A stretch of DNA of 64,000 nt from Verrucomicrobiaceae bacterium (GTDB lineage Bacteria; Verrucomicrobiota; Verrucomicrobiia; Chthoniobacterales; Chthoniobacteraceae). The position numbers and the translations under genes were made by a program. The stretch is from NCBI GenBank assembly GCA_043755735.1, contig JAYUSJ010000004.1:4311-68310 (forward strand), read 5' to 3'. Shown here in pieces: positions 1-8,529 of the stretch (position 1 is its first letter; each line of letters starts with the position of its first letter). The notes beneath the pieces are model-generated. The model made no database searches, was not told where the DNA came from, and saw only the letters and a program-made list of their open reading frames with translations.

Positions 1-269
1 ACTTCACTCTCGGTGAGCGCTACAAGCCGCGCGAGGTGCTGGTCGTATCGCCTGACGAGCAAGGGATCGCGCAACATGTGGCCGAGCGTCGGCGTCACCG
101 TCATCGCCAGCCGGAATGGCACACCTTCCTCTGCGAGGCGGAAGAGCATTTCCACGAGCGGCAGATACGTCTCGGAGATCGCCTCAAAGAGCCAGTCCTC
201 TTCCAGAAAGTGTTCATGCTCCGGGTGCCGGACATACGGCAGGTGGGCATGAAGCAGAATCGCCAGCAC
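1..269 (-). CDS. Glycoside hydrolase family 57 (alpha-glucan branching-enzyme-like), N-terminal fragment; gene runs off the window
   Basis: Manual minus-strand translation from GTG at 269 gives (M)LAILLHAHLPYVRHPEHEHFLEEDWLFEAISETYLPLVEMLFRLAEEGVPFRLAMTVTPTL. This matches the HAHLPYVRHPE..WLFEAI..TYLPL N-terminal pattern I associate with GH57. It is absent from the ORF track because the window edge truncates it. Confidence 0.5.
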   Translation of the reverse strand, partial: MLAILLHAHLPYVRHPEHEHFLEEDWLFEAISETYLPLVEMLFRLAEEGVPFRLAMTVTPTLGHMLRDPLLVRRYDQHLARLVALTESE

Positions 270-271
270 GG

Positions 272-877
272 CTAGCCTTGAGGCACGACGACTTTGCGGG
301 CGAAAACGGCGTCGTAGCCAGGAACAGACGCCTCGATGACGTAGGTTTTCCCTGCTTTCATGTTTCGCGTGGAAACGGTGGTGGAGTATTCCAGACGTTC
401 GTTTGGATTGATCACGACGAAGCTCGCTTCGCGCTCGATGCGCTGGTCTTCGGACCAACGTTGAATGACTTTGCCGTCCTCCGTTTTCACAACGACCTCG
501 ATGTGCTGGCTCGTGGGAAAGTTGAATTGCAAGCTCTGCGCGGCTTTATTGGTAACGAGCACCGTTGCCTCGATGGAGCGTGTGCTGGCAACATAGATGA
601 CGTCCGGCTTGATCTGGATGGAGGTCTCCAACTGCCGGTATTTCGAGCCGGTGCTCTTCGATTTGGAGCCCGAAAACGGAGCGCTCACGAGGTTCTTCGT
701 CGAGTGCCAGCCCTTGTCCGCGCCGGACTTGGTCGTTTCCCATACGGCACTCGTTCCTTTCCGGGTGCTCGTCCAGGCCCGCTCGAGAAACCCCGGCTTC
801 CGCGCGGGTTGTTGCGCGGGTGTGGAGCAGCCTGCTGAAAAAGCGACGACGGCGATGGTAAGAATACGCAGATACAT
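272..877 (-). CDS. Putative lipoprotein with BsuPI-like (proteinase-inhibitor fold) beta-sandwich domain
   Basis: This lies in ORF 272..1042. The internal ATG at 877 gives MYLRILTIAVVAFSAGC, a lipobox-type signal peptide. The C-terminal LQFNFPTSQHIEVVVKTEDGKVIQRWSED..KAGKTYVIEASV resembles the BsuPI domain pattern. The stop lies 3 nt before the GH57 start. Confidence 0.55.
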   Translation of the reverse strand: MYLRILTIAVVAFSAGCSTPAQQPARKPGFLERAWTSTRKGTSAVWETTKSGADKGWHSTKNLVSAPFSGSKSKSTGSKYRQLETSIQIKPDVIYVASTRSIEATVLVTNKAAQSLQFNFPTSQHIEVVVKTEDGKVIQRWSEDQRIEREASFVVINPNERLEYSTTVSTRNMKAGKTYVIEASVPGYDAVFARKVVVPQG

Positions 878-929
878 GACGTGACTGTGGGCCCTCCGAT
901 GGTGGGTTGCAAATCGCATTTGGCACGCC

Positions 930-1577
930 ATGCTCTCCGATATGAGAGTTTCCGTCCGTTTCGCGCTTGTCCTTTTCGCCGCCGCATCACTCGGCATGTC
1001 GGGTAAACCCAAGGTGACCGTTCGCTTCCATTCCGAGACCAACCGGAATGATTCGAGCAGTTTCGCCTCGCCTGTGAAGCTTCACTACGCGAACCGCGAG
1101 GCATTTATCAACAAGGTCCCTGATTTTTCCGAGCGCAACATTAAAGCCATTTTCCCCTGGAAGAACGCTGACGGAAAATGGGGCTGTGCATTCAAGCTGA
1201 ACGACAGCGGGCGCATCCGTCTGGAGACGCTGAGCAGTGATAATCGAGGGTCTGCAATCATCGCGCTCATCGGCACGAAGCAGGGCGTGCATCAGGTCGT
1301 CGATATGGTCATCGACCGCCCGATCACCGACGGGATCGTCACGATCCCCACGGGGATCACCGACATCGAAATGCTCGTACTGAAGAACCAGTTCCCGGTT
1401 CTGGGAACCGTGAAAGGCGGAAAAAAAGAAGAGCCCAAACCGCAGGACCTCACCGACTGGCGGATGGATCGCAATCGCGAGACGCCTGCGAAAAAACTTC
1501 CGCCGCTGCCCGTGGAGGCCCCGCGGAAAAGCAAGCGTGCCGCACCGGAGCCGGACCTTCCGCGAGTCGCGGATTGA
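930..1577 (+). CDS. Hypothetical secreted protein
   Basis: The 215-aa ORF has an N-terminal hydrophobic signal-like segment (VRFALVLFAAASLGMSG) and a Lys/Pro-rich tail. Its stop is 3 nt before the recF ATG, which suggests co-transcription. The segment SAIIALIG..DRPITDGIVTIPTGIT is faintly like a SecD P1-head; this is a weak impression. Confidence 0.5.
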   Translation: MLSDMRVSVRFALVLFAAASLGMSGKPKVTVRFHSETNRNDSSSFASPVKLHYANREAFINKVPDFSERNIKAIFPWKNADGKWGCAFKLNDSGRIRLETLSSDNRGSAIIALIGTKQGVHQVVDMVIDRPITDGIVTIPTGITDIEMLVLKNQFPVLGTVKGGKKEEPKPQDLTDWRMDRNRETPAKKLPPLPVEAPRKSKRAAPEPDLPRVAD

Positions 1578-1580
1578 GCA

Positions 1581-2618
1581 ATGCTCACGAAGATCAAGGT
1601 CCGGCATTTTCGCTGTTTCGAGCAGTTTGAGTGGGAGCTTGGGAGCGGGCTGAATTTCATCATCGGCCCCAACGCACACGGCAAAACTTCGCTGCTCGAG
1701 TCCGCGTGCATTTTGCTCCGGCTGCAATCGCCGCGGGTCGCGTCGCTCGCCCGGGTCGTGCAGCACGGAAAGCGGGGATTTGTCGTGGATGGTTTTTTTG
1801 CGCAGCGGCACCTTCAGTTTTACTACAGCACGCAAAAGAAAAAACTGGCTCTCGACGGCGTCGAACAGACGAATGGCAAGGAATGGCTCCAGCTCGGGCG
1901 CGTCGTTTGGTTCGGCAATGAGGATATCGAGCTCGTTCGCGGGTCTGCGGACAAGAGGCGGAAGTTTCTCGATTTTATCGGCGCGCAGCGGGATGCGGAA
2001 TATCGCACATCGCTCCGCGCGTTTGAGCACGCGCTGCGTTCGCGCAATCATTTGCTCAAGCAACCGTCGCCCCGATGGCGTGAGATTGCAGCGTTCGACG
2101 GGCCGCTGATTCAGCATGGCGACTACGTCCGCACGGTGCGGCACAACCTTCTTGCCGAGCTGCAAGCCGACGCGGACGCCGCGCACTTCGCCATTAGCGG
2201 ACATCGTGAAAGCCTGCGGCTGGAGTACGTTCCGGGCGATCAGGGGAACTTCGCCGCAGCGCTCCCGGCCGCCCGCGCGGAGGATGCGCGGCTTCGCCAG
2301 ACGACCGTCGGGCCGCACCGCGATGACGTCCGCTTTTCTCTCAACCAACTACCCGCGGACGACGCGAGCGAGGGACAGCAGCGCACCCTTGTCCTCGCGC
2401 TGAAGCTCGGTGCGACGCGATTGCTGGAGCGGCATTTCGGGGGGGCTCCGCTGCTTTTGCTCGACGACATTTTTGGTGAACTCGACCCCGGTCGCCGCAA
2501 CGCGCTGCTCGCTGCATTGCCTGCCTCGGCGCAGAAAGTGATCACCACTACACACCTCGACTGGATGCCCGAGGCGTCAAGCGCACGGGTCCTGACGCTC
2601 GATTCCGGCCGCGCGTGA
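1581..2618 (+). CDS. recF: DNA replication and repair protein RecF
   Basis: The N-terminus is LTKIKVRHFRCFEQ..LNFIIGPNAHGKTSLLE (Walker A). The RecF/SMC signature SEGQQRTLVLALKL and the Walker B motif LLLLDDIFGELD are also present. Confidence 0.9.
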   Translation: MLTKIKVRHFRCFEQFEWELGSGLNFIIGPNAHGKTSLLESACILLRLQSPRVASLARVVQHGKRGFVVDGFFAQRHLQFYYSTQKKKLALDGVEQTNGKEWLQLGRVVWFGNEDIELVRGSADKRRKFLDFIGAQRDAEYRTSLRAFEHALRSRNHLLKQPSPRWREIAAFDGPLIQHGDYVRTVRHNLLAELQADADAAHFAISGHRESLRLEYVPGDQGNFAAALPAARAEDARLRQTTVGPHRDDVRFSLNQLPADDASEGQQRTLVLALKLGATRLLERHFGGAPLLLLDDIFGELDPGRRNALLAALPASAQKVITTTHLDWMPEASSARVLTLDSGRA

Positions 2619-2656
2619 TGCATTCAGTTTGACTACGCAACCTGCAGCCGGTTTTT

Positions 2657-3838
2657 TTGCGGACGATGGGAGCGCCGGCACGCAGACACGGGAGACGCAA
2701 CGAGTCGGAGGGCTCGGAACTCCAGGCTGCCTGCATGGATGCATTGCGCGCGGTGTTTGTAGAAAAACTCACACTCGACCGCGTGGTGACGACGATCCTC
2801 CGGGAGCGGCGAAGCTGGGACCCGAAGGAGCGCGGAGCATTTGTGACGGCGATTCATGCGCTGGTGCGATCATGGCGCGACGTGTGGAACAGCGCGGGAT
2901 TTGACGACGGCATTTTTCTGAACCCGATGGCGTTCACAAAGCAGCGTTTCCAAAAAATCTGCATGCTCTTTGCCGGCAACAGGATTCCAAGGCGCGGCTG
3001 CAATGTGCCGGATTGGCTGAACGGCGTCGGACGAGTGGAACTGCCCGACGACTGGCTGCGTGTTCGTGCGTCGATGGACGAAGCGGCCGATCTTTTTCTG
3101 CGAGTGAACACCCTTCGCACACAGCCTGCCGCTGTCCTCGCAGCGTTTAAGAACTCACCACATTCATGCGAGGCGACGGCGTTTCCGGGCGCGCTGCGTG
3201 TGACGGGACGGCGGGATTTTTATGACACGCTGCCGTTCAAGAATGGATGGATCGAGGTCCAGGATGCCAATTCACAGAGAGTTGCGCCATTCGTCGGTGC
3301 GCAGCCTGGGATGCGCGTGATCGATGCCTGTGCCGGTGCTGGAGGGAAGACCCTGCACCTCGCGGCGCTGATGCAAAACAAGGGCCGCATCGTGGCGCTG
3401 GATGTCGCCGCTCCGAAGCTCGAGGAGCTTAGGCGCCGAGCTGCAAGAGCGGGCGCGGATACGATCGAGACGCATGTGATTGCCGACTCAAAAATATTGA
3501 AGCGTTTTCACGGGTCTGCGGATCGGGTTTTGATCGACGTCCCTTGCTCGGGCCTCGGCGTCGTGCGGCGGAATCCAGACATTAAGTGGAAGCTCACGCG
3601 GGACGAACTGCACCGGCTGCAATCCCTGCAGGCAGAGTTGCTGCGGGCCTACAGCCGCTTCGTGAAGCCGGGCGGGAAGCTCGTGTATGCTACATGCAGC
3701 ATCCTGCCCTCGGAAGGTGAGCGGCAGGTGGATGCATTTCTGGAGGAGAATCCGGCCTGGAAGTTGGAGGCTGAATCGCGGCTGCACGCTGGCGACAACG
3801 GCGGCGACGGATTTTATATGGCGCGGTTGGCGACGTAG
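2657..3838 (+). CDS. SAM-dependent RNA cytosine-C5 methyltransferase (RsmB/NOL1/NOP2/Sun family)
   Basis: Motifs seen are VIDACAGAGGKTLHLAAL (SAM binding), RVLIDVPCSGLGVVRRNPDIKW and LVYATCSILPSE (the two catalytic Cys motifs). The exact start is uncertain; an alternative Met lies at 2735. Confidence 0.8.
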   Translation: MRTMGAPARRHGRRNESEGSELQAACMDALRAVFVEKLTLDRVVTTILRERRSWDPKERGAFVTAIHALVRSWRDVWNSAGFDDGIFLNPMAFTKQRFQKICMLFAGNRIPRRGCNVPDWLNGVGRVELPDDWLRVRASMDEAADLFLRVNTLRTQPAAVLAAFKNSPHSCEATAFPGALRVTGRRDFYDTLPFKNGWIEVQDANSQRVAPFVGAQPGMRVIDACAGAGGKTLHLAALMQNKGRIVALDVAAPKLEELRRRAARAGADTIETHVIADSKILKRFHGSADRVLIDVPCSGLGVVRRNPDIKWKLTRDELHRLQSLQAELLRAYSRFVKPGGKLVYATCSILPSEGERQVDAFLEENPAWKLEAESRLHAGDNGGDGFYMARLAT

Positions 3839-3846
3839 GGATTGCG

Positions 3847-4722
3847 TTGGCGCTGAAGATGAAGCATCACGCACTCATGCGACTGCCGTCGGGAATGCGA
3901 ATGGTAAACCTGCTTTGCGGGTGGTGGACCGTCGTGGTCTTTGCGTTCCTCTACATTCCTATTCTCCTTCTCGTCATCTATTCATTCAATACCTCGCGGT
4001 TGAATGTGAATTTCGAAGGCTTCACGCTCCAGTGGTATCGCGAGATGTGGGCCAACGATCAGATTCGCCGTGCACTTGGAAACAGTGTGAAAGTCGCGGC
4101 GTGGGCGACGGTGATCGCGGTGGCGCTTGGAACGACGGGAGCCTGGCTGCTCTATCGTTACAAGTATCGCTTCAAGCGGCTCTGGGAGACGCTCCTTTTC
4201 ATCCCGATGGCGATTCCGGAAATCATCATGGGCGTGTCGCTTCTCATCCTTTTCAGCGCTGTCAATCGTCCTCTCAATGAGGCGCTCAATTCGGTGTTCG
4301 GCGTGCCGGAGTCCCCGCGATTCGGGCTTGGTTTTCTCACCGTCGTCATCTCGCACGTCACATTCTGTTTTCCGTTTGTTCTCGTAGCCGTACAGGCGCG
4401 ACTGGCGGATGTGGACCCGTCGCTGGAAGAGGCTGCGATGGATCTTGGAGCCACTCCGTTTCAGGCGTTCGTGAAGGTCATGGTCCCTTACATGATGCCC
4501 GCGATTATCTCCGGCGCGTTGATGTCTTTCACGCTATCCATGGACGAAGTGCTGGTGACCTACTTCGTGAACGGTCCGGAATCCAAAACGCTGCCGCTGG
4601 AGATTTACGACCATGTGAAGAAGGGCTTGAATCCCATGCTCAACGCCGTGTCTTCGCTCTTCATCGTCGTTACCGCGGCCGTCGTCGTGATCGCGGAGCG
4701 GCTCCGCCGCTGGAATCGCTGA
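3847..4722 (+). CDS. ABC transporter permease, PotC/spermidine-putrescine-type
   Basis: The protein has six hydrophobic segments and a PotC-like N-terminus (FAFLYIPILLLVIYSFN). It also has the EAA-loop region DPSLEEAAMDLGATPFQAF. No cognate ATPase, second permease or binding protein is adjacent. Confidence 0.8.
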   Translation: MALKMKHHALMRLPSGMRMVNLLCGWWTVVVFAFLYIPILLLVIYSFNTSRLNVNFEGFTLQWYREMWANDQIRRALGNSVKVAAWATVIAVALGTTGAWLLYRYKYRFKRLWETLLFIPMAIPEIIMGVSLLILFSAVNRPLNEALNSVFGVPESPRFGLGFLTVVISHVTFCFPFVLVAVQARLADVDPSLEEAAMDLGATPFQAFVKVMVPYMMPAIISGALMSFTLSMDEVLVTYFVNGPESKTLPLEIYDHVKKGLNPMLNAVSSLFIVVTAAVVVIAERLRRWNR

Positions 4723-4723
4723 A

Positions 4724-5386
4724 CTACGGCGACGTGAGTCCGTGCCGAATCGCGTATTTTGTCAGGCCGGGGATGTCGTGAATTCCGAGTTTGTTCGCGA
4801 GGCTGGAGCGGTAATACTCGACGGTTCGAAGGGTGACCCCCATCCGCTGGGCGATGGCTTTTTGCGGATGGCCTTCCGCGATCATTTGCAAAACAACGAT
4901 CTCACTGTCGTTGAGAATACTCTTCATGTCCGAGGCCAGATTTGCCTCCACGCCCATGGCGCATGCGGTGATGTAGCTGCCGCCATTGCACACGGCTTTG
5001 AGCGCGTGGCGTAGTGTGTCGAGGCTGTCCTCTTTGTGCACAAAACCGTGCGGCTTGCACTGCATCACCTCTGCGATGATATCGGCGTTGTTGGTGCCCG
5101 AGTAGATCAGAGTGCGGGTCTGGCAGCCTTCCGAGTGAATGCGCCGGATGATTTCGATACCGCTCAACTCCGGCAGCATGATGTCGAGAATCATGACCTT
5201 GGGCCGGAGAGTCTTGCAAACATGGAGCGCCTCAAAACCGGAAGACACCTGGGCGACGATGTCGTAAGGGCCCTCGCGCGGGATCACGAATGCCAGCATC
5301 TGGCGGATGGACGTGTGATCGTCCACCAGCATGATACTGGTGCGTTCCGCAGTTGTCTGCGAAGGCTGCTCCGATGGTGAAGGCAT
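4724..5386 (-). CDS. NarL/FixJ (LuxR-type) response regulator
   Basis: The REC domain is IMLVDDHTSIRQML..VMILDIMLPELSGIEII. The C-terminal LuxR HTH is LNDSEIVVLQMIAEGHPQKAIAQRMGVTLRTVEYYRSSLANKLG. The start was set at the ATG at 5386 (MPSPSEQ..). No cognate kinase is adjacent. Confidence 0.85.
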   Translation of the reverse strand: MPSPSEQPSQTTAERTSIMLVDDHTSIRQMLAFVIPREGPYDIVAQVSSGFEALHVCKTLRPKVMILDIMLPELSGIEIIRRIHSEGCQTRTLIYSGTNNADIIAEVMQCKPHGFVHKEDSLDTLRHALKAVCNGGSYITACAMGVEANLASDMKSILNDSEIVVLQMIAEGHPQKAIAQRMGVTLRTVEYYRSSLANKLGIHDIPGLTKYAIRHGLTSP

Positions 5387-5527
5387 TTGAATTCTGATCT
5401 TTCCTAGATTCTCACAGCTATGGGCTGCAAGAACTCCTCTGCAAAGCAGGATTGGCACCCGGAAAGGGTTTTTGACAAGTGAGATTTCAGCTTAAAATAT
5501 TGCAATATCACGATAAATACTTTTCCG

Positions 5528-5583
5528 GTGTTTTCCCAGTCGGGAATCAGTGGTTTCCCATAGGATTTACAGTGTTTTCCACA
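5528..5583. promoter_or_regulatory. Three phased direct repeats (GTGKTTTCC) in the AT-rich intergenic region upstream of the LuxR-type regulator
   Basis: GTGTTTTCCCAG starts at 5528, GTGGTTTCCCAT at 5550 and GTGTTTTCCACA at 5572. The spacing is exactly 22 bp, about two helical turns. The repeats lie 142-197 nt upstream of the regulator start, in a 445-bp region that looks low in GC. Confidence 0.3.
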
Positions 5584-5903
5584 GTCCGTGAAAGTTCAAG
5601 TAACTGATATATCCATCAATGAGTGAGATTCGCCGCCGACGGGTGACGGAAGCAAAGATGACATCGGAAAAACATTTTTATTAAACGCGCAAGAGCGTCT
5701 TTTCCCCCGGCAATTTGTATTCCTGAGAATCCGGGCAAACCAAGTCATCCCGAATAGACCGCGTTGCGTCCCCCGGCGGTTTCGCACCCCTCGCCGGTGC
5801 GAACTGCCCGGTTCCCGTTTCGCGACAAGTCACGGCTGAATCGCCCATGACCAAGCGTGCGATTGAATGCGGGTATCGCCCTGCCCGCGGTCAATTGCAC
5901 CGG

Positions 5904-7529
5904 TCATGCGCGGGTGCGCCTGCGTGAAAGTCTGCGATTCACGACATCAATAATATCCCGCATTTCCCGCAGCCTGAGCATATTGGCGACGGCCACAAAT
6001 GCCGCGATGGCCAGAAAAATCGTCATACCCAGACTCAAGAGGCGGATGAAAAAGCTCATCTCCAGCCATTTCGACAAGAACAGCCAGTCGCAACCAACGC
6101 AAACGAGCGCGAGTGCATCGGTCGCGAGAAAGACTTTCACGAGGGTGACGATCAATTGATTCGTCTGGAGATGCCCTATCGACCTGCGCATGAACCAGTA
6201 GAGAAGCGCGAAGGTTGTCAGCGCGACGCAGCCGGTGCTCATCGCCAGGCCCTCATGACCCCAGCCGAGGCTGACAAAAAGCGAGTTGAGCCCGTAGTTC
6301 AGAGCGATGGAGAAAAAGCTCACGTACATCGGAATCTTGCGGCGCTCAATGGCGTAGAATGCGGGCGCCAGCACTTTCATCCCGGCGTAGGCTGCGAGGC
6401 CGAGTGCATACCAGCGGAGCGCGCGCGCCATTTCGATAATGTCCAGCCGGGCGACCTTTTTCCCGTGCTCGAAAATGATGCTCATGATCGGCTCGCCCAG
6501 CAGCCATAGCCCGACGCTCGCCGGAAGCGTGAGGAAAAAGACGAGCCGGATTCCGCGGGCGAGATTCGCGCGGAATTCATCGCGATTTCCGAGGGCCGCA
6601 TTTTTGCTGAGAAGCGGGAGAGTCACAGTCGCCACGGCTACGCCGAACACGCCGAGCGGAAGCTGCATGAGGCGGAATGCGTTGCTCAGCCAAACCACCG
6701 CACCCGGCTGGTCCGCGAGGTGGGTGGCGAAGCTGGTGTTCACCATGACGTTCACCTGCACCGCGCTTGCTGCGACGACTGCCGGTGCCATGATTCGGAG
6801 CACTTCCATCACGGCGGGGTCCTTGAAATTGAAATCGAGTCGCGGTCGATAGCCCGCGCGTCGCAGCGATGGAAACTGAACGGCGAGCTGCATGAAGCCA
6901 CCGATGAGCGTGCCGTAGGCGAGCCCGAACAGCGCGCGCCGTCCGAAGTCATGATCGAGAAACCAGCCGATCGTGAGACCACCGGCAATGCTTCCGATAT
7001 TGAAGAACGCAGACGCCATTGCGGGCCAGCCGAACACGTGCTTCGCGTTCAACATTCCCATGATCTGCGCTGCCAGCGAAACCATGAGGATGAAAGGAAA
7101 CATCGTCATCGTGAGCTGCGCGGTGAGCACTGCGTCGTCACCCGTAAAGCCGCCCGCAATCATCCCCACGAGGAAGGGCGACATTACCATGCCGAGCAGA
7201 GTAATCAGGCCCATCACGATCAGCGTGAGCGTGCCGATTCGATGCGCGAGCCGCCACGCCGAGGCGTCGCCTTCCGTCGCGATTTTCCGGGAAAAGACCG
7301 TGATGAATGCGGTGGAAAGAGCGCCCTCGGCGAAGAGGTCACGCAGCAAATTTGGGATACGAAACGCAGCGGTAAAAAATTTAAGGACCACGGGTCCGAA
7401 GAGCGTCGTCAGTGCGATTTCGCGAATCAGTCCGAGCACTCGCGAGCACATCACCGCGATTCCGACGATCGCGGTGGCTTTGCCGGTGCGCCGGGCCTGC
7501 TTTGCTATCTCGGAGGCCTCTTCAGCCAT
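5904..7529 (-). CDS. murJ: Lipid II flippase MurJ (MviN)
   Basis: This is a 541-aa polytopic membrane protein. It has the MurJ N-terminal pattern VMCSRVLGLIREIALTTLFG..AFRIPNLLRDLFAEGALSTAFITVF. Confidence 0.9.
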   Translation of the reverse strand: MAEEASEIAKQARRTGKATAIVGIAVMCSRVLGLIREIALTTLFGPVVLKFFTAAFRIPNLLRDLFAEGALSTAFITVFSRKIATEGDASAWRLAHRIGTLTLIVMGLITLLGMVMSPFLVGMIAGGFTGDDAVLTAQLTMTMFPFILMVSLAAQIMGMLNAKHVFGWPAMASAFFNIGSIAGGLTIGWFLDHDFGRRALFGLAYGTLIGGFMQLAVQFPSLRRAGYRPRLDFNFKDPAVMEVLRIMAPAVVAASAVQVNVMVNTSFATHLADQPGAVVWLSNAFRLMQLPLGVFGVAVATVTLPLLSKNAALGNRDEFRANLARGIRLVFFLTLPASVGLWLLGEPIMSIIFEHGKKVARLDIIEMARALRWYALGLAAYAGMKVLAPAFYAIERRKIPMYVSFFSIALNYGLNSLFVSLGWGHEGLAMSTGCVALTTFALLYWFMRRSIGHLQTNQLIVTLVKVFLATDALALVCVGCDWLFLSKWLEMSFFIRLLSLGMTIFLAIAAFVAVANMLRLREMRDIIDVVNRRLSRRRTRA

Positions 7530-8514
7530 TCGCGGAAGCTTTTCTCAGGCGGTCCATGATGGCAATGCCGATGCCGATTTCCGGGACCGACTCCGCAACG
7601 ATACGGTCGAGGCCAAACGAATCGAGGCGCCGAAGTTTTTGAAAAAGAGTGGCCGCAGCTTCCTGAAGGCTGCCTGTCGGACTGAGGACCTCGACATTGC
7701 GAAACGCACCGACATCGTCGGCGCTGCACCACGCGAGCAGCCCCGCTTTTCCCTCTCCCTCCCACCACGGGAGCGAGTCCGGCGGAAGGAGTTCCATCGG
7801 AGTTCTGGGCGCATAGTGGCTCTTCATTTGCCCAGGCGCGAGCGGCTTCATCCCGGAGCCGATCTGTGCGACTTCGCCGATGCGGCCGAGTTCGTCGATG
7901 GCGATCGGGCCGCTGCGCAGGATATACATCTTCTGCCGCTTGATGAGCACGATGGTGCTCTCGATCCCAAGGCTGGTCCGACCGCCGTCCACGATGAGGT
8001 GGATGCGTCCATCGAGTTCCTCTTTCACGTCTGCAGCGCAAGTCGGGCTGATCCGCCCAAAGCGATTCGCGCTGGGGGCGGCGAGCGGCTTGCCGAAGGC
8101 CTTCACGATGTGCGAGAACACGGGATGCGCGCTCATTCGCACGGCCACGGTTTCCAATCCGGAAGTCACGACATCGGGCACGTGCGGCTGGCGCGGCAGG
8201 ACAATGGTGAGCGGCCCAGGCCAGAACTTGCCGATGAGTTTCTCCACCAGCGGCCAGTCTTCATCGGGGATCGATGTAAGCTGATTCAGCCAGTCGAGCG
8301 TCGGAATGTGAACGATCAGCGGATCAAAAAGCGGACGCTCCTTGCACTGAAAAATCCGCAGGACGGCGTTCACATTCAGCGCATCCGCAGCGAGTCCGTA
8401 AACGGTCTCCGAGGGCAGTGCGACGGGGTAGCCGGCCTGAAGCAGGCTCACCGCCGGCTCGGTGACTTGGGCGAGTGCGGCGGGTGAAAGTGCTGAAGCT
8501 ACGGTAGTCTGCAT
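7522..8514 (-). CDS. tsaC: L-threonylcarbamoyladenylate synthase, long Sua5/YwlC form
   Basis: The YrdC-domain motifs are LPSETVYGLAADALN, KERPLFDPLIVHI and WPGPLTIVLP. An additional C-terminal Sua5 domain brings the protein to 330 aa. It overlaps the murJ start by 8 nt. Confidence 0.85.
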   Translation of the reverse strand: MQTTVASALSPAALAQVTEPAVSLLQAGYPVALPSETVYGLAADALNVNAVLRIFQCKERPLFDPLIVHIPTLDWLNQLTSIPDEDWPLVEKLIGKFWPGPLTIVLPRQPHVPDVVTSGLETVAVRMSAHPVFSHIVKAFGKPLAAPSANRFGRISPTCAADVKEELDGRIHLIVDGGRTSLGIESTIVLIKRQKMYILRSGPIAIDELGRIGEVAQIGSGMKPLAPGQMKSHYAPRTPMELLPPDSLPWWEGEGKAGLLAWCSADDVGAFRNVEVLSPTGSLQEAAATLFQKLRRLDSFGLDRIVAESVPEIGIGIAIMDRLRKASANG

Positions 8515-8529
8515 GGTGGTGAATGTTGC

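Noticed and set aside
987-2348. A 453-aa minus-strand ORF spanning the hypothetical gene and recF.
   Set aside because: It is antisense to recF (Walker A, signature and Walker B motifs present). It is a shadow frame.
6973-8487. A 504-aa plus-strand ORF over murJ and tsaC. Similar cases are 21398..22936, 38561..39952, 16097..17434, 14003..14968, 34105..35055, 36084..36992, 31677..32594, 32640..33641, 44369..45262, 60226..60957, 60982..61611 and 62829..63887.
   Set aside because: All are antisense to, or out of frame with, genes that have strong family signatures. None shows a motif I recognise. Such long open antisense frames are expected at this GC content.
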